Below, piece after piece: positions 41,270 to 56,896 of a stretch of 64,000 nucleotides of DNA. The notes beneath the pieces are model-generated. The model saw nothing but the letters and a program-made list of their open reading frames with translations, did no database searches and was not told where the DNA came from. Origin of the DNA: Eledone cirrhosa. Taxonomy: Eukaryota. How positions within the stretch are numbered: position 1 is the stretch's first letter; each line of letters begins with the position of its first letter. The stretch lies in assembly GCA_964016885.1 (NCBI GenBank), contig OZ024752.1, positions 49,848,001 to 49,912,000 of the forward strand, read 5' to 3'. Position numbers and translations under genes: made by a program.

Positions 41270-41357
41270 TCATTCTAGTTCCTTGGTCAGAAATCAGCTG
41301 ACTAGATCTTCGTGCTTGGTAGAAATAATTTGCAGAGTTATCATTCTTCCAAAGTTT
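41270..41357 (-). CDS. Probable internal coding exon (KLWKNDNSANYFYQARRSSQLISDQGTRM+A) of the same gene
   Basis: Acceptor cttatttcaatatttcag and donor GTGAGT. The 88 nt are open in frame 0 and end in phase 1, joining in frame (A|GT=Ser) to the exon starting at 29168. Confidence 0.6.
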
Positions 41358-42114
41358 CTGAAATATTGAAATAAGAATTTATAACTAAGTTCACAAGGTC
41401 AGACAATAACAATTACTTATATAGGCAAAAGGCCAGCAATTTGGGGGGGGGGGGGAGTTGATTAAATCGACCCCACTGCGTGACTGGTACTTTATATGGA
41501 AAAGTTGACCTCGGCGGGATTTGAACTCGGAGAGCAGAGAGTCAAAACAAATACCATAAAGCATTCTATCCGATGTTCTAATGACTATATTCACCGCCAT
41601 TCAGATATAATAATAATAATTGTTTCTACTTTTGGCACAAGGCCAGCAATTACCCCAGTACATTACTGGTACTTTATTTTATCGACCCTGTAAGGATGAA
41701 AGGCAAAGTGAACCTCGGCGGCATTTGAACTCATATTGGAAAAGGCCGTAACTCTTTGCGTCAAAGCATGGCGTCCGACCCTCTACTGATACTGCCATGG
41801 TGTCCGACCCTCTACTGATACTGCCATGGCGTCCGACCCTCTACTGATACTGCCAATCCATAATAATAATAATGGTTTCTGATTTATCCACAAGGCCAAC
41901 AATTTTGGGGGAAGAGGAAAGTCAAATAGATCAACCCTAGTGCATTACTGGTACTTTAGCTTTCATCCTGTAGGGATGAAAGGTAACTCTAACCTCAACG
42001 GGATTTGAAATCAGAACTTAAAGGGACATGGCTGGATCTGTTATTTTCCTCTAAAAACATTTTTTTCCAATTCCACCCCGCCCGTCCTTTCAATCTATCT
42101 AATTTCTCATTCTT

Positions 42115-42150
42115 TCTTCTGATGAAGGACTAGCATCCGAAACGTTAAGA
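42115..42150 (+). ncRNA. Minimal hammerhead ribozyme motif (family F)
   Basis: tctt CTGATGA aGGActagcaTCC GAAA cg TT aaga. The ACGT stem III matches the minimal PLE-type HHR form. Confidence 0.7.
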
Positions 42151-42240
42151 CCCTCTTCCGGTTATTTCAAGCGTTAACCTAATATATTCCTTCCATATAC
42201 TGTACCAATTGTGTTGTTATTTACCTTTTACATATATACA

Positions 42241-42290
<50 letters not shown>

Positions 42291-42562
42291 AACCCATGCT
42301 AGCGTGGAAAATGGACGTTAAACGAAGATGATGATGATGATATATATATATATATTGAAAGGATAACAAGGACGATTGGTTCCTCCTATATAAATGTAAT
42401 GAAGGAGCAACCAATTGTCCTTGTTATGCTTTCAATATATTACACTCTGTCTAGCTCTACACCTCATCACAGAAGTGAACCTAAACATCGAGTGCTCTCC
42501 CGGGTGAACCTGCAGTAACTCCAAGTTACACTCCCTGGATATATATATATATATATATATAA

Positions 42563-42752
42563 AACGAAGGAAATGTGGTGAGGAACCAGGTGGACCATAA
42601 CGCACCAAAGTACTCAATACTTAGGGTAGTAGAGTGGGTAATAGGAACGAGTAGGACCCCGACGGCTGAGCTCAAGCCGTTTCGACGGCTAATTAGTCCA
42701 GAATTAGCCGTCGAAACGGCTTGAGCTCTGCCGTCGGGGTCCTACTCGTTCC

Positions 42753-42755
<3 letters not shown>
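42563..42755 (-). mobile_element. Fold-back element family B
   Basis: Tail 42563-42640 plus palindrome 42641-42755; (TA)n flanks. Confidence 0.7.
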
Positions 42756-42783
<28 letters not shown>

Positions 42784-42885
42784 AGAGAGAGAGAGAGGGG
42801 CAGAGAGTGAGAGTGGCAGTGAGGACTCTTTAGTCAAACGGGGACAATCTCACTAATGTTGGTACCATCATAAAAAGACACTCAG

Positions 42886-43303
42886 TCATCATCATCATCA
42901 CCGTTCTACGTCCGTTCTTCCACGCTAGCATGGGTTAGATGGGTTGTCCTGTTGTGGGCAGTGTCTGGTCGGCTGACCATGCCTTGCTCATACAGGAACT
43001 GATTTGGCTTGATTTCTACAGCTGGATGTCCTTCCTAACACCAACCTCATTTACAGTGTGGGCTGGGTGCTTTTTTGCCGTGGTACCTCCACGTCCACTT
43101 TACAGTGTGGGCTGGGTGCTTTTTTGCCATGGTACCTCCACGTCCACTTTGCAGTGTGGGCTGGGTGCTTTTTTGCCGTGGTACCTCCACGTCCACTTTA
43201 CAGTGTGGGCTGGGTGCTTTTTTTCCGTGGTACCTCCACGTCCACTTTACAGTGTGGGCTGGGTGCTTTTTTGCCGTGGCACCTCCACGACCACTTTGCA
43301 GTG
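42886..43303 (-). mobile_element. RTE-tail repeat with 49-bp x5 tandem array (43050-43303)
   Basis: (CAT)n tail and ggatgtccttcctaacaccaacc motif. Related tails at 3560-3765, 15012-15198, 24457-24690, 26039-26205 and 57685-57862. Confidence 0.75.
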
Positions 43304-43754
43304 GGTGGGTGTGGGGGAATGTTGTCTATATGCTTCATCTTGTACCCATGGGAGGTCGGGTACTCTGTATTACTGCGTGACTCCAGAGGTCACGGTCGTG
43401 TGTCATCGCCTTTGAGAGGTGTAATTGGGTAAGGTCGGCTTTTATCAGTACACATGTTATGCAGTTTCTGTTAGGAAGGGTATCCAACCATAGAAGATAT
43501 GCTGAAATGTGAATATAGAAGCAAGAAAAATATAGCCCTCATATCACATTTGGGTGCGTAGTACCTCTGAATAAGGACTGGTTCAGGTTGTGATGACATA
43601 TCCAATATATGCTAGCCTTGATAATCATGTAAGATAATTGTGACAATGATGTCAACTTTAGACAATTAGCTGTGAAAGTTTTATGGATACAAGTTTAGAA
43701 AACTACAAGCAAAAGTTTATATGATTAAATCTATAAATGAAGAAATTATTAAAC

Positions 43755-43808
<54 letters not shown>

Positions 43809-43832
43809 ATATATATACATATATACATAAAC

Positions 43833-43894
<62 letters not shown>

Positions 43895-44014
43895 ATATAT
43901 ATACATATATACATAAATATATGTATATATATACATATACATACATATATGTATATATATGTACATACATATATACATACATATATATATATACATATAC
44001 ATATATATACATAC

Positions 44015-44062
<48 letters not shown>

Positions 44063-44068
44063 ACATGC

Positions 44069-44101
<33 letters not shown>

Positions 44102-44152
44102 CTTACTGGTTCCTATATATATACATACATACATAAATATACATATATATAA

Positions 44153-44183
<31 letters not shown>

Positions 44184-45242
44184 CACACATACACATACAC
44201 ACACGTACACATACATATACATATACATATACATACATACATACCTATACACACACATACATATATATATATTCATAGTACATGTCATTACTTTTAAGGC
44301 CTCTGTCATGCCTTGGTGTTAATTGTCCTGTCAATTCAATATGTTAAGATAGAGAGACACCATCCTGCGAGGGTAATAAACAGTGGGAACAAGTCAATGG
44401 CTTTCCTTAGACAGCTATGAGCAACTGTAAGTAATTTCCAGAGACTAATCAACACGATTAATAGAAAATTAATCAGTACCTAGCTTTGATAACAATCTCA
44501 AAAAAAAAAAGATTTCTATGAATTTAAATAAACGTGCAATTTATATGACCACACACATGAAACTTTAGCATCAAATATATTTATTTCCATTCATAAATAT
44601 GTATATTAACAAGCAATATATATTTAGTATATATACATACCATATGCACACATACACATATATACATACACATATATACATACACTCAATTAAACAGACA
44701 TACCACACAGACCCATAAACACGCACACAGACAAACACAAACACACACACATGAAACTTTAGCAACAAATATATTTATTTACATTCATGTATATTAACAA
44801 GCAATATATATTTAGTATATATACACATACACCATATACACACATACACACATACATACACATATATACATACACACACTTATACACACGTACCACACAG
44901 AGTCACAAACACATACACACACACACGCACACACATTCTCACACATACACACACCCACATACACACATACACAAGCATCTTGTGTGTGCATGTGTACGTG
45001 TGTGTAGCTAATTGTGTTGTTAAATGCATCTTCTCGGGTATTTAGTTCTACACTTTCTTAGCAAAGTTTATAAACTGTAGTAATACTCTTTTACCTGTTT
45101 CAGCCATCCGGCTGAGGCCATGCTGGGGCACCGTATACATTAACATTTTAATTACAATATTTCTAAAGAAAGACGCTGCCTGTGAAAACCAAGAATTTAA
45201 TACAACTAACTTTCTCATAATAAGTTGCTTTTGGAACTTAAC

Positions 45243-45594
45243 TTAACCTTTTAGCATTTAAACCGGCCATATCCAGCCAGAATTCTCTCACCTCTTTCTG
45301 TTCAAACCAGCTGCAACTGGCTGCTCATACTTATGTTAAGGTATTGTTCTCAAAATAAATAATATCAAAATCTCACAGGTTTGATATTATGTGAGATAAT
45401 TATGTGAGGTAAAGCCTATACCGTGAAAATATAATAGTAAATATAGAATAATGTAAAGGCTAAAGAGTATTGTTCTCAAAATAAATAATATCAAAATCTC
45501 ATAGATTCGATATTATGTGAGATAATTATGTGAGGTAAAGCCTTTCCTGTGAAAATATAGTGAATATGGAATAATGTAAATGCTAAAAAGTTAA
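45243..45594 (+). mobile_element. piggyBac-type MITE copy with duplicated 3' half
   Basis: Homology to the family; TTAA ends. Confidence 0.75.
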
Positions 45595-46445
45595 GAAAGG
45601 TTCATACATTAGATTATGAAAGAATGTTTTAGATAAATATAAACACTTTTACCCTTTAGCTACCAATACATATTATAAGAGGATAAGACAGGCAAACGTT
45701 ATACCAAATCCTGAAAATAAGAATTGAACTAGTATGTTCTGATTCCGACTTCACTCTCAGACATTAACACTGTAAAAACTTCTCATTATACTCAGAACTG
45801 AGACCAGATGAATCACCGAATTTCTCAATGAACCAAACTCTTTGTATTCCTAACATTAGATTTCATTATAAGCAAGTAAATAGTTTTTGATAGCTTTTAA
45901 CCCAACTAACCATTCACATCATTGGTACAGTTATATTAGAATGTATTTTCTTTATTATTTTTTTTTCATGTCTTGATATGATATAAAGTGACATTAATTT
46001 TGTTTTTGCTTCTTCTTCTTGTTCTTCTTCTTCATTGTAGTATTGTTACAATTAAGATTAGCTTTAGCTATAATTTAGTAAGTGAGAAAAGAGAGCTTCT
46101 TAGCTTCTTAGCTTCTTATATATGTGTGTGGAGTAGTTAATAAGATCCTCATTGTCACTGCATCCAGTGAATAGAAATATTTCAAAAGAAAATGTTCCCA
46201 AACTTAAGACAATGTCTCCTTTCGAAGCATGATAAGCCAAAAATAAGGGTATTAGCATATTTATTCAATATTAAAGATAGTGCCAGGAATTTCTTATCTA
46301 AATAAAACACTTTCTATTTTTGATGCTCACTTTGAAAGAAAATGGAAATCAAGCTGAAACTATTTTTTTGTCAAGGAGTCGGAGACTAAAACTGAAAAGA
46401 TAATCTTAACGTAAATTATATATATTTCTATTATAGAGGTTGCAA

Positions 46446-46500
<55 letters not shown>

Positions 46501-46608
46501 TTATATATATATACATATATATATATCAATATATATATACACATATAAATATTATATATATCAATATATATATATATATATATATATATCATTATATATA
46601 TATATATT

Positions 46609-46640
<32 letters not shown>

Positions 46641-46678
46641 AATATTATATATATCAATATATATATATATATCATTAT

Positions 46679-46733
<55 letters not shown>

Positions 46734-46751
46734 AATATATATATATATCAT

Positions 46752-46800
<49 letters not shown>

Positions 46801-46802
46801 TT

Positions 46803-46850
<48 letters not shown>

Positions 46851-47199
46851 CACATATATATACACATATATATGCATATATACATACATAGTGTTGATAC
46901 AAAATATCATGATAGTGCCAATGATAATACCGTTTATTTGATATTTATACCATAACACGATAAGCAGTAAATCTATCGACATTATATCTAGGGCGAAGAT
47001 TACAATACAATGCTATTCTATATCTTTATTATTTTCTTGGTACATGAAAGCAAAAAAGACTTCATACACATAAAAAGAAAATCTAAAGAAATAGAATTTA
47101 GTCTGCCAAAGGTTCTTAATGGGATGTATAGGTCTGAATTTCAGATTATCCAATAAGAAACCAATTGCATCAGAATTAGGGGGAAGATTATATATATAT

Positions 47200-47547
47200 A
47201 TCATCATCATCATCATCATCATTTTACGTCCGCTTTTCCCTGCTTGCAAGGGTGAGACGGGAACTGATTTTGGCTTGATTTCTACAGCTGGATGCCCTTC
47301 CTAACACCAACCTCATTTACAGTGAGTGTTGGGTGCTTTTTTTGCCGTGGCACCTCCACGACCACTTTGCAGTGGAATGATAGGGATCCCAGTCCCTATC
47401 ATCTCATTTCTACAGCTGAGTAAACTGGAGCAATGTGAAATAAAGTGTCTTGCTCAAGGAAACAACACATCACCCGGTCTGAGAATTGAACTCACAACCT
47501 TTCGATTGCAAGACCGATGCTCTAACCACTAAGCCATGTGCCTCCAT
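47200..47547 (-). mobile_element. CORE-like SINE, same family
   Basis: Near identical reverse complement of 29263-29610. Confidence 0.85.
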
Positions 47548-47569
47548 AGACTAATGCTCTAACCACTAA

Positions 47570-47980
<411 letters not shown>

Positions 47981-48077
47981 ATATATATATATATATACAT
48001 ACATTATATACAAATATACACTCATATATATATACACTCATATATATATATACACACACACATATATACATATATAT

Positions 48078-48136
<59 letters not shown>

Positions 48137-48270
48137 TATATATATATGTATATATGTATATATATATGTATATATGTGTGTGTGTATATATATATATGAG
48201 TGTATATATATATATGAGTGTATATATGTATATAATGTATGTATATATATATATATATGTGTGTGTGTGT

Positions 48271-48466
48271 ATCCTGGATTCAATCGGGGGTAACCACAGT
48301 AAGTAAGGTACTCAATACATCATAGCAGAGTATAAATATTTAATATAGAAATGGCTTCTACAGGAATAGAACTGTTTCATTCGAAGGAAATCATCAGGGC
48401 TTTCCTCATGACTTCCTTCGAATGAAATAGTTCTAGTCCTGTAGAAGCCATTTTTATATTAAATAT
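48271..48466 (-). mobile_element. Fold-back element family I with HHR-like core
   Basis: Palindrome 48336-48466. Minus strand reads CTGATGA tTTC-cttc-GAAt GAAACAGTT (core 48375-48397). Tail 48271-48335. Confidence 0.6.
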
Positions 48467-49750
48467 ATATATATATAATGAGTGTGTGCATTTGTGTGTG
48501 GCTATTATGTTTGTGACTGTTTATTTATGTCTGATAGCTAGAACAAAAGGATGACAATGGTCATCTGAAAAACATAGCGTAATGAGGCTGTTTGCTTGCA
48601 AACGAATCAAAAATTATTATTATTTGATATAAAACTCCCGAATGCATTTATGTATCCACTATGTTAGAGCGAAAAACAAAATCCTTCCATGATAATTATA
48701 TGTAAAATCTTTTAAGATGTTTCTAATTGATAATGAGAAATTTAGTTATGTTACTAAATCTCTCCCAAATTAACTGAAAACCATTAACTATGGACAGAGT
48801 CTTTCATTAAACATATGGCAATGAAAGAGTTAAAGCTATGTGATTAATTATAGATACAGGAATGGTTGTGGAGTTCATTGTGAGATACCAAGTTTGATTC
48901 TACTCTGTGTTGTCTTGGGCAAGTATTTTTACAATAGACTCATGTTGACCTAAAATTTTTGGATGAAATTGGGTAAGTGTAAACTATATGGAAGCCTGTC
49001 AAATTGATTGTACATATAATTCAAAGATCAAGCCTTGTCTTATAATGTATCATGCTGATTCAGCTTGGGATAAAATTAAGTGTACCTGTGGTGTATCTAT
49101 GGAATACTCAACCAATTACATGTCAATTCAGAAGTTGAACCTTTAAATGATTGAACAGTTTAATACTGATCATCAAAACTGATGAAGGATCTATCAGCAT
49201 CATCAATGGATCAATTAATTTACTAAGGAATGAAAAACTATAATTATGTTTGTAATTGAAGATTTTATTGAAGACAAGGCCTGTTTTTTTCTTTTCAAGA
49301 AACACTTTTATCATAACATCTTTGAGTGTAAAATATTCTAAATGCTATAGTGCATTTACTAATTTCTTAAGATTAGGGCTTATATCATAGAATCTTGGAG
49401 CAACATAAAAAAAAAACTGAAATATTATCTGACAATCTTATGGAGATACATTGATATTAGAAACATCCAAATTTTAGTTAAACATTCAGACTAATACATA
49501 ACCTTTAATTTTCAGCTATTCGCTGTGGGGACTGTTCTTGTAAACAAGAATAATTAACTCCAAATAGATAATCTAGCCTACACTACTTTTGATTCTTGTA
49601 TTATCAATTGTTTTAACCCTTTCGATACCAAACTGCCTTAACCCTTTAGCATTTACATTATTCCAGAGGTGCAGTGGATTGGCACAAAATTATTAAAGAG
49701 TCAGGTGGGTTACTTTGCAGTATCTGATGGGGCTCTTGTGTGTTCTGAGT

Positions 49751-50373
49751 TTAACCCTTCAGCATTTAAATTCCTCTATATTTACTATTGTATTTTCATG
49801 GTAAATACTTTATCTCACATAATATCGAATCTACGAGATTTTCATATTATTTATTTTGAGAACAATACCTTAACATAAGTATGAATGGCTGGTTATGGCC
49901 AGCTTGAACAGAAAGAGGTGAGAGAATTCTGGCCGGTTATGGCTGGTTTAAATGCTAAAGGGTTAAATAGCTCCTGGCTCTATGATACAAAACTCTATCT
50001 TTGAGTATGTATCACCATCATCCTCATCATCATCGTTTAACGTCCATCTTCTACACTAGCATGTGTATCATCATCATCATCATCAACGTTTAACGTCCGT
50101 GTTCCACGCTTGCATATGTAAAACACTTTCATCACATTTCTTAAACCTTTAGCATTTAAACCGATCGTATCTGGCCAGAATTCTCTCACCTTTCTGTTCA
50201 AACCAGCCATAACTGGCTGCTTATATTTATGTTAAGGTATTGTTCTCAAAATAAATAATATCAAAATCTTGTAGATTTAGATTTGATATTATGTGAAATA
50301 ATTATGTGAAATAAAGTGTTTACCATAAAAACACAATAGTAAATATAGAGTAATGTAAATGTTAAAGGGTTAA
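49751..50373. mobile_element. Two inverted MITE copies (49751-49966 minus, 50141-50373 plus)
   Basis: Homology to the family; TTAA ends. Confidence 0.75.
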
Positions 50374-51521
50374 GTTATGTTATAAACACCAGCTCAACAC
50401 CAGCTTGACATTGAGCAAGTTACTTATATTACTCCAAATTCTTCATTACTTTTTAAATTATTTGAAAACTACATGCAGTGTCTTTCATTATAAATATAGT
50501 AACAAAAGGGTTTTGAAGAAATGGACTATGATTTTAGGCCATTATCCTTACTGGGTCGATAAAATAAAGTACCAGTAATTCACTGGGTAAGTGCTGGCCT
50601 TGTGCCAAAAGTAAAAACAATTGAGATTAAGGCAACCCCAGTATCAATTACAACTATCCAATCAAATGAAAGAGGGCCTTTAAACTAGATTATTACCACT
50701 GAAGATGTTTGTACATAATTCTATTCAGTTGTTGCTGATTTTGCAGCATTGAGTTATGTCCCTTTGTGTTCTGAGTTCAAATCCCACCGAGGTTAACTTT
50801 GCCTTTCATCCTTACGGGGGTCCATAAAATAAAGTACCAGTAATGTATTGGGGTAATTGCTGGCCTTGTGCCAAAAGTAGAAGCAATTATTTAAATCAGC
50901 TCAGACCTATGATTTAATAACATAACTAAATTTCTCAATATTATATTTGGAACATAACATAAATGTTCTTATATAAAATTAGAATGGAAGTTTTTGAGAT
51001 AAATATAAACAATTTAAAATAAACAGTTTAGTTTCATACAATCAGAAGTGGTTTCGGGTGGTTTGGTATCAAAACAATTAAATTTAATATGTGCTTTAAA
51101 CGGTAGATTAAATTATATTTTCTCTCTTGATAGGTGATCCTACCAACCATCAGAACAATTTTTTTTTTTTTAATTAAGGATTGAAAAGATTTTTTTAAAA
51201 AAGAATTTGTTATCAATTTCAGAGTTGGTTGGTTGGGGGCCTTTTTTTTTTTCTTTTATCAGCGCCATGAAGCAAATATGGAGAATGTCTTAGTTTCATG
51301 GCAGAATATTTGGACTGAAAATATTTCAAAAACATCCTTTGTCTCGTTAACCATATTGAAGTACTCAATTTTATAGAAGTATAATATAACTATTTTTTTA
51401 AATTTCATTTAATAATAACAATAACAAAAACAATGACAACGACAACAACAACAACAAAACAACGACAACAATAATGATGATGGTGATGTTAATAGTAATA
51501 ATAGTAATAATAATAACAATG

Positions 51522-51571
<50 letters not shown>

Positions 51572-51770
51572 TGTTTCTACTTTTGGCACCAGGCCAGCAA
51601 TTATCCCAGTGCATTACTGGTACTGGTACTTTATTTTAATCAACCCCGTAAGGATGAAAGGCAAAGTTAACCTCGGCGGGATTTGAACTCAGATCATAAA
51701 GGGAGGCAACTCTATGCTTCAAAGCATGGCGTCCGACCCTCTACCGATACTGCCAATCCACCGCCCTCTA

Positions 51771-51827
<57 letters not shown>

Positions 51828-52359
51828 TATAAATTTAAAAAATTCACTGATAGTCCTGAAATTTAAAAAATAAATTTATTGGAGAGCAGTTTTATTGATA
51901 TGACGAAAAAAAAAAAAAAAAAAAGAAAACACGGAAAAAAAAAAAAAAAAAAGCGAAAAAAAAATAAAATAAATAAAAAAAATAAAAGAGGAAAAAATGG
52001 CCAAGCAGCAGTAAATTATGCTAATTGTTAAACTGCTCTGCTGAAGTTATTTAGTATGTGTAGAGAAATCAATAAAGATGCCACTAGTGTTTCACTAATT
52101 GTCTATCTCAATTATTCCGGCCCTCTAGGGATCTTGGTACACATATTGTCAAAAGAGCATTAACTTCCGTGAGTAATGAGAACCTCATGAATTTCAAGTT
52201 CAATCAAACTTAAACAATTGATAGTCTCAAAGTTTGTTAACAATTTCTCTGTGTGTCCATGTGTGTATGTGTCCGTGTGTATGTGTGTGTATGTGTAAGT
52301 GTGTATGTGTGTGTGTATGCGTGCGTGTTTCTTTTATATGGGTGATTTTTTTTTTGTTC

Positions 52360-52468
<109 letters not shown>

Positions 52469-52564
52469 TATATTTATATATACATATATATATATATATG
52501 TATACATATGTATACATATATATATATGTATATATATGTATATATATATATATGTATATATATG

Positions 52565-52614
<50 letters not shown>

Positions 52615-52822
52615 CATATATATATACATATATATATGTATATATACATATATATATATATACACATATATATATATATATATATATGTATACATATATA
52701 TATGTATATATATATATATATATATATGTTCTATTTTCCTCACAAATTTAACTGCTTGTACTACATATATATATATATATATATATGGAGAGAGAGAGAG
52801 AGAGAAGATATATACACACACG

Positions 52823-52859
<37 letters not shown>

Positions 52860-52889
52860 ATGCAGTCGTGAGTGAGTAATAACAAATTC

Positions 52890-52931
<42 letters not shown>

Positions 52932-53526
52932 TATATATATACACACATATATATATATATCTTCCCTTTTCTTTTCTTTATTGTCCTCACAAATTCAAAT
53001 TTAACTGCTTGTAGTCTGTGACCAAGGATATGCAGAAACACAAACACAAGATTTTAAAATATATAATAGTTTTGACCAAAATAATTGCTTTCAGTGTTCA
53101 ATGTTCCCTCATTAAAGTATTTTTTGATTAAAACACATAAAAAAATAAGTACCATGTGATGGAGAGAAGAATTACAGAAAAAACAACATCAACAACATTT
53201 GCAGACTAAGAAATGACAAAAGGAACAAAATATAATATAACAAAAAGGACAGCAAATCAAATGAAGAACAGTATATAAAAATAGAAATGATAAACTAACT
53301 TCTAATGACTAAATATGTCTCTCTATGAATTTATGTTAAAACTTCTTTAACCCTTTAGTATTTGTATAATAATAATAATAATAATAAATTTTTTTTTTTT
53401 TTTTTAATTATTATAATCAATGTGCTGTATTAACTGGCTTACCAATGCACACTGTGAATTTATTTGCCCTAGGTGTCAGGATGCCACTCAGCATATATCT
53501 CAGAAACAATAATGAAAGAAAATAAA

Positions 53527-53529
<3 letters not shown>

Positions 53530-53570
<41 letters not shown>

Positions 53571-53808
53571 AATTATTGTGTACAGTGCTCAGGTGCACTA
53601 CAACTCATCAAAGGTGCCTGTATAGTACATAGAATGTACAAATGTCAGAGGAAAGTGAACAGTGTATGAGTCATGATATACATGTGTATGAGTGTATGGG
53701 GGGGGGGGGGGATTTCAGGTGTAGTGTTGGCCAATTTCAGGAAGCATGGCGGTTTTAAAGGATGCACTGTCTCAACAGCTAACAACTGATGTAGGTAGTT
53801 TGTTCCAT
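53530..53808 (-). mobile_element. CR1 LINE 3' end (same family)
   Basis: Reverse complement of ~22327-22570 with an (ATT)n tail. Confidence 0.8.
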
Positions 53809-53981
53809 CCAGGCCGGATACAGCCAGTTTAAATGCTAAAGGGTTAAATATATTGTTAGGTATATTTGTTTGTTTGTTAGTCTGTCAGTGTGGCTTTTTA
53901 GGCAAGTGGCTTCTGAAACTATAGCCTCAGGTTTGCCATTGCCTTTTGAGTCTAATTTGGTAGACAAGTATGGTGTAGAAG

Positions 53982-54043
<62 letters not shown>

Positions 54044-54275
54044 GATGACTGTATGACACCTGTATGTGAAGTGTGATGATGATGATATATATATATATAT
54101 ATTTTTTTTTTAAGAAAATGTATTTAAAGATTCCTTTCCAAATACAAAAATGTTATTTTTATTATAGTTTTCCTATATGTATTATTTTAAAATCAAAGTA
54201 TGTCACCTTGTAAGCTGGTAAATACAGCAAGTGGGATTTTGGCTTAATAAAAATAAAATTATCTTTTTCAAAGGA

Positions 54276-54332
<57 letters not shown>

Positions 54333-55287
54333 AAGAGATATATGCTACTGAAACACATCGACAATGTAAAATAATCAGAAAATAGAATTTGTAGGGATCA
54401 GTATCTTATTTTCTGACACTCTCAAGTGAAAACTGTGAACTTTTTTCTTTATTATTTCAATATATATCACATTATATTGATCCGTTTTCGTGTCTTCAAT
54501 AGTGTCAAAATATATCTTTCTCTCAAAGGAACACAACAAGCAAAGATTTCTGACAGCTTCTATCGACTACATTCAATAATGTTATGGGTTTTTTTTTGTT
54601 TTACATATTGGAATATCCAATGAATTCTTTCTTCATATTAATCTCTATATAGATAAATAACTAAAAGATCAGGCATATTTTTATAACAGATCAATCTCTG
54701 TAAAAAACTTTCTTATTTATTTCAATATTTGGCTTTAAACTTTAAACATGTATTTGCTATGCTTTGTGATATAGTTCTCTGAGTGTATCTGGTTTAGAAT
54801 GGGTTTCATATATCCGTGCATTCCAAAAGAGGCAACTAAAAAAGTTCTCACCACCAGGAAGGGCATCTGGTTGTAAAACTTAGCACAAATCTATGACTGC
54901 TTCTGTGCTAGAATTGTATTACTCCGAGAGGGAGTAAGGAGGGTTGTAAGAGGGGTAGTTAACAAGTAAAGAACACAAAAAGAAGGACACATATATATAC
55001 ATATAAAAGGATCGATCGACTTTTGTCAAATCGGACCGAGGAAACAATGTTTCCGTTGGTCTTTCCAGTTGCTAGTATTATCTAACGGTCGCAACTCCAG
55101 GTAGAAGGAGCAACCTGAAATAAAGTGTTTGCTCAAGGACATAACACATCGCCTGGTCCAGGAATTGAACTCACAACCTCAAGATTGTGAATCCAATCCT
55201 CTAAAAGGTAGACAGAAATAACAACACAATGGGTACAGTATATGGAAGGAATATATTAGGTTAACGCTTGAAATAGCAGGAAGAGGG

Positions 55288-55323
55288 TCTTAACGTTTCG
55301 GACGCTAGTCCTTCATCGGAAGA
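55288..55323 (-). ncRNA. Minimal hammerhead ribozyme motif (family F, core U4->C)
   Basis: tctt CCGATGA aGGAC-tagc-GTCC GAAA cg TT aaga. Flanks 55220-55338 are homologous to 42102-42220. Confidence 0.6.
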
Positions 55324-56600
55324 AAGAATGAGAAATAAGAGCTGAACATTTCTACGTCTTCATTTCTGTAGCTTGTTTTATAGATTATTGTTTTCTAGAA
55401 TTACCATTCACTTATTATGGATGGTATATTTATGTTTCAGATGAAATCTACAGCTTCTTCTCTTTCTATATATATATATATTATTCACAGATAATTCCTA
55501 CTGAAAATGTTTGTCTTTGTTTTGTTTGCTTGTTTGGTTTTATTGTAATAAAACATCAATAAAGCCTGTAGGGATTACATTGATCTCTTACAATCTCCTG
55601 TTGCTCTAGTGTGACTTTCATTCAGTCTACATAAGTCTATTATTCTCATTCTTCCAACAAATATATTTTTAATTATTCATTTGCTCATATCTTTAGTGCA
55701 TAACCTCGAAAATATCTGAAATAATGAATTCTTTTAATAAACAGAATAAATATTTTTAAAGTAGCCTTTCGTGTTTTCTGCAACAAGAATGATATTGGTT
55801 CATATCTGAGGGCAAAAGGTTTGATTCCTTTAAAATTTGATAAGGAAGCTTAACAAAATTTCACAGAGATAATTAATCACTTTTTAAAAATGGTCTTAGT
55901 TTATAATGAGTTAGAAAGTGACACGACAAGCGGCAGGTAATTTGGTGCCTTAACAATGCTCACCTGTTGAGTTAATACTATATTGATATTATATTTAGAA
56001 ATTAGAAAAATAACAACTTTAACTGATCATGAGACAACATCATGATTTCAAATTAGGAATTCTAATGAGATTGTTAAGACCTTTAAATGAATATACCTTA
56101 GATCATCATATAAATCATTTCTATAATTTTAGATTAGATTTTGAAATTATTCTTACATATATAATTATTTTATATAATTTTAATTACAGATACATATTTA
56201 TAAAATTTCAACTGTTAATTGATATATCATGCAGACACTTTAATTTTAAATAAACTCCAATAATCTAATTAAACAAAATCTTGTGAACCATTACATATGC
56301 AAGGGAGATAATTACGAACATTTCTTGCTTTTGTAATTAACTTTATTTATAGATTCTGCTTTATAATTATACTTATATATCAGATTTTTGACACTTTATA
56401 TAAACCCACTTCTTAATTAAAAAGTAAATTTCAAAAATATGTAAAGATAGAATAATTTACTAGCTCTAACTTCTATTTTATCTTATTACCTCTAAATTAA
56501 TGGGAGAATATGTGTGACTCAACCTGCTAGAAATAGCACACAAACCTCCCTCAAATTATGCACTGCCATTTGAAATGAAAGACACCTTAGATAGTGTAAT

Positions 56601-56666
<66 letters not shown>

Positions 56667-56740
56667 TCATCGTCATCATCGTCATCATTTTACGTCCGCT
56701 TTTGCCTGCTTGCATATATATATATGTGTGTGTGTGTGTG

Positions 56741-56896
56741 AATCCCAGGTTTAATCAGGGGTAACCCCAGTAAGAAAGGTACTTAATACATTAGTGGAGT
56801 CTAAACATCATGTTTAATATAGAAATGGCTTCTACAGGACTCAAACTGTTTCATTCAAAAGAAATCATCAGGGCTTTTTGATGATTTCTTTTGAAT
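56741..56896 (-). mobile_element. Second family I copy with shorter fold-back
   Basis: Homologous to 48271-48400; 18-bp inverted arms 56853-56870 / 56879-56896. Confidence 0.6.

Noticed and set aside
46331-46391. Minus-strand segment with AG/GTGAGC boundaries as an upstream coding exon
   Set aside because: Stop codons in all three frames.
51261-51383. Plus-strand open segment after a polypyrimidine-AG (RHEANMENVLVSWQNIW...)
   Set aside because: No convincing donor, no recognised homology, and opposite strand to the supported gene.
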